Source of the DNA: an uncultured bacterium | GTDB taxonomy: Bacteria > Patescibacteriota > Saccharimonadia > Saccharimonadales > Saccharimonadaceae | Length of the DNA: 64,000 nucleotides | Direction: 5' to 3' | Assembly: GCA_903899655.1 (NCBI GenBank) | Contig: CAIUKF010000017.1 | Location: 50,586 to 114,585 of the forward strand | Shown: positions 63,967 to 64,000 of the stretch, piece after piece | Layout of the letters: every line of letters starts with the position of its first letter | How positions within the stretch are numbered: position 1 is the first letter of the stretch | Notes under the pieces: generated by a model | Told to the model about the DNA's origin: nothing | What the model saw: only the letters and a program-made list of their open reading frames with translations | The model's database searches: none | Program-made: the position numbers and the translations under genes

Positions 63967-64000
63967 CATTCAATTTCGAACAATTTAGTAACGATCTTGT

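Noticed and set aside
1-64000. Alternative genetic code (UGA recoded, as in some CPR lineages)
   Set aside because: Conserved genes are full length in the standard translation, and TGA terminates several well-supported genes (the CapA-like gene at 10891-10893, the RluD-like gene at 33555-33557, the glycosyltransferase at 40371-40373).
1-64000. CRISPR arrays, rRNA genes, IS transposases, reverse transcriptases
   Set aside because: No regularly spaced direct repeats with unique spacers were seen, no rRNA-like conserved stretches, and no DDE, TnpB or RT motifs in any ORF.

Overview
Moderately AT-rich bacterial DNA that reads cleanly in the standard code: TGA acts as a stop and there are no in-frame stops in conserved genes. 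Bases ~0.9-30.2 kb are the str-S10-spc-alpha ribosomal superoperon, rpsL through rpsI, with fusA, tuf, secY, infA and rpoA. Accessory DNA interrupts it at five places: a pilin-like RCC1 protein between rpsG and fusA; a membrane protein between fusA and tuf; a small gene plus a ~480-nt ORF-free nested-helix element between tuf and rpsJ; 3.4 kb of cell-envelope genes between rpsJ and rplC; and a TPP riboswitch, thiamine pyrophosphokinase, SSS transporter and LamG pilin-like protein where adk-map normally follow secY. rpmD (L30) is absent between rpsE and rplO. Together with the compact spacing and several type IV pilin-like proteins, this suggests a CPR/Patescibacteria (Saccharibacteria-like) genome; that placement is inference, not proof. 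Bases 30.4-41.6 kb hold a small-protein/retropepsin-like protease pair, trpS, an RluD-like synthase, holB, a TPR protein, tRNA-Tyr, two tRNA-Thr, an HNH endonuclease, yajQ, rpmG and a GH15-GH57-glycogen-synthase cluster. At tRNA-Trp (41.8 kb) an accessory region begins with a large serine recombinase whose ORF runs into the tRNA gene. It continues with a replication/regulatory operon, a riboswitch-like leader, NHL and G5-like surface proteins, a coupled two-gene module with an Rx4H (HEPN-like) motif, a P-loop kinase and an ABC-2 exporter flanked by a 37-nt repeat, iteron-like repeats, a Fic protein with a degenerate active site, and small genes bounded by ~35-nt inverted repeats. The last 8 kb encode peroxiredoxin, three NUDIX hydrolases, an MBL hydrolase, membrane proteins and a FtsX-type ABC system. 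No CRISPR array, rRNA gene or transposase was seen. Most worth a second look: the inverted-repeat-bounded cassettes, the nested-helix element at 8.2-8.7 kb, the HEPN-like pair, the leader at 46.5 kb, and a genome-specific GGAATATGGCTATTGG repeat family at gene 3' ends. All calls come from reading the sequence and ORF track; no searches were run.
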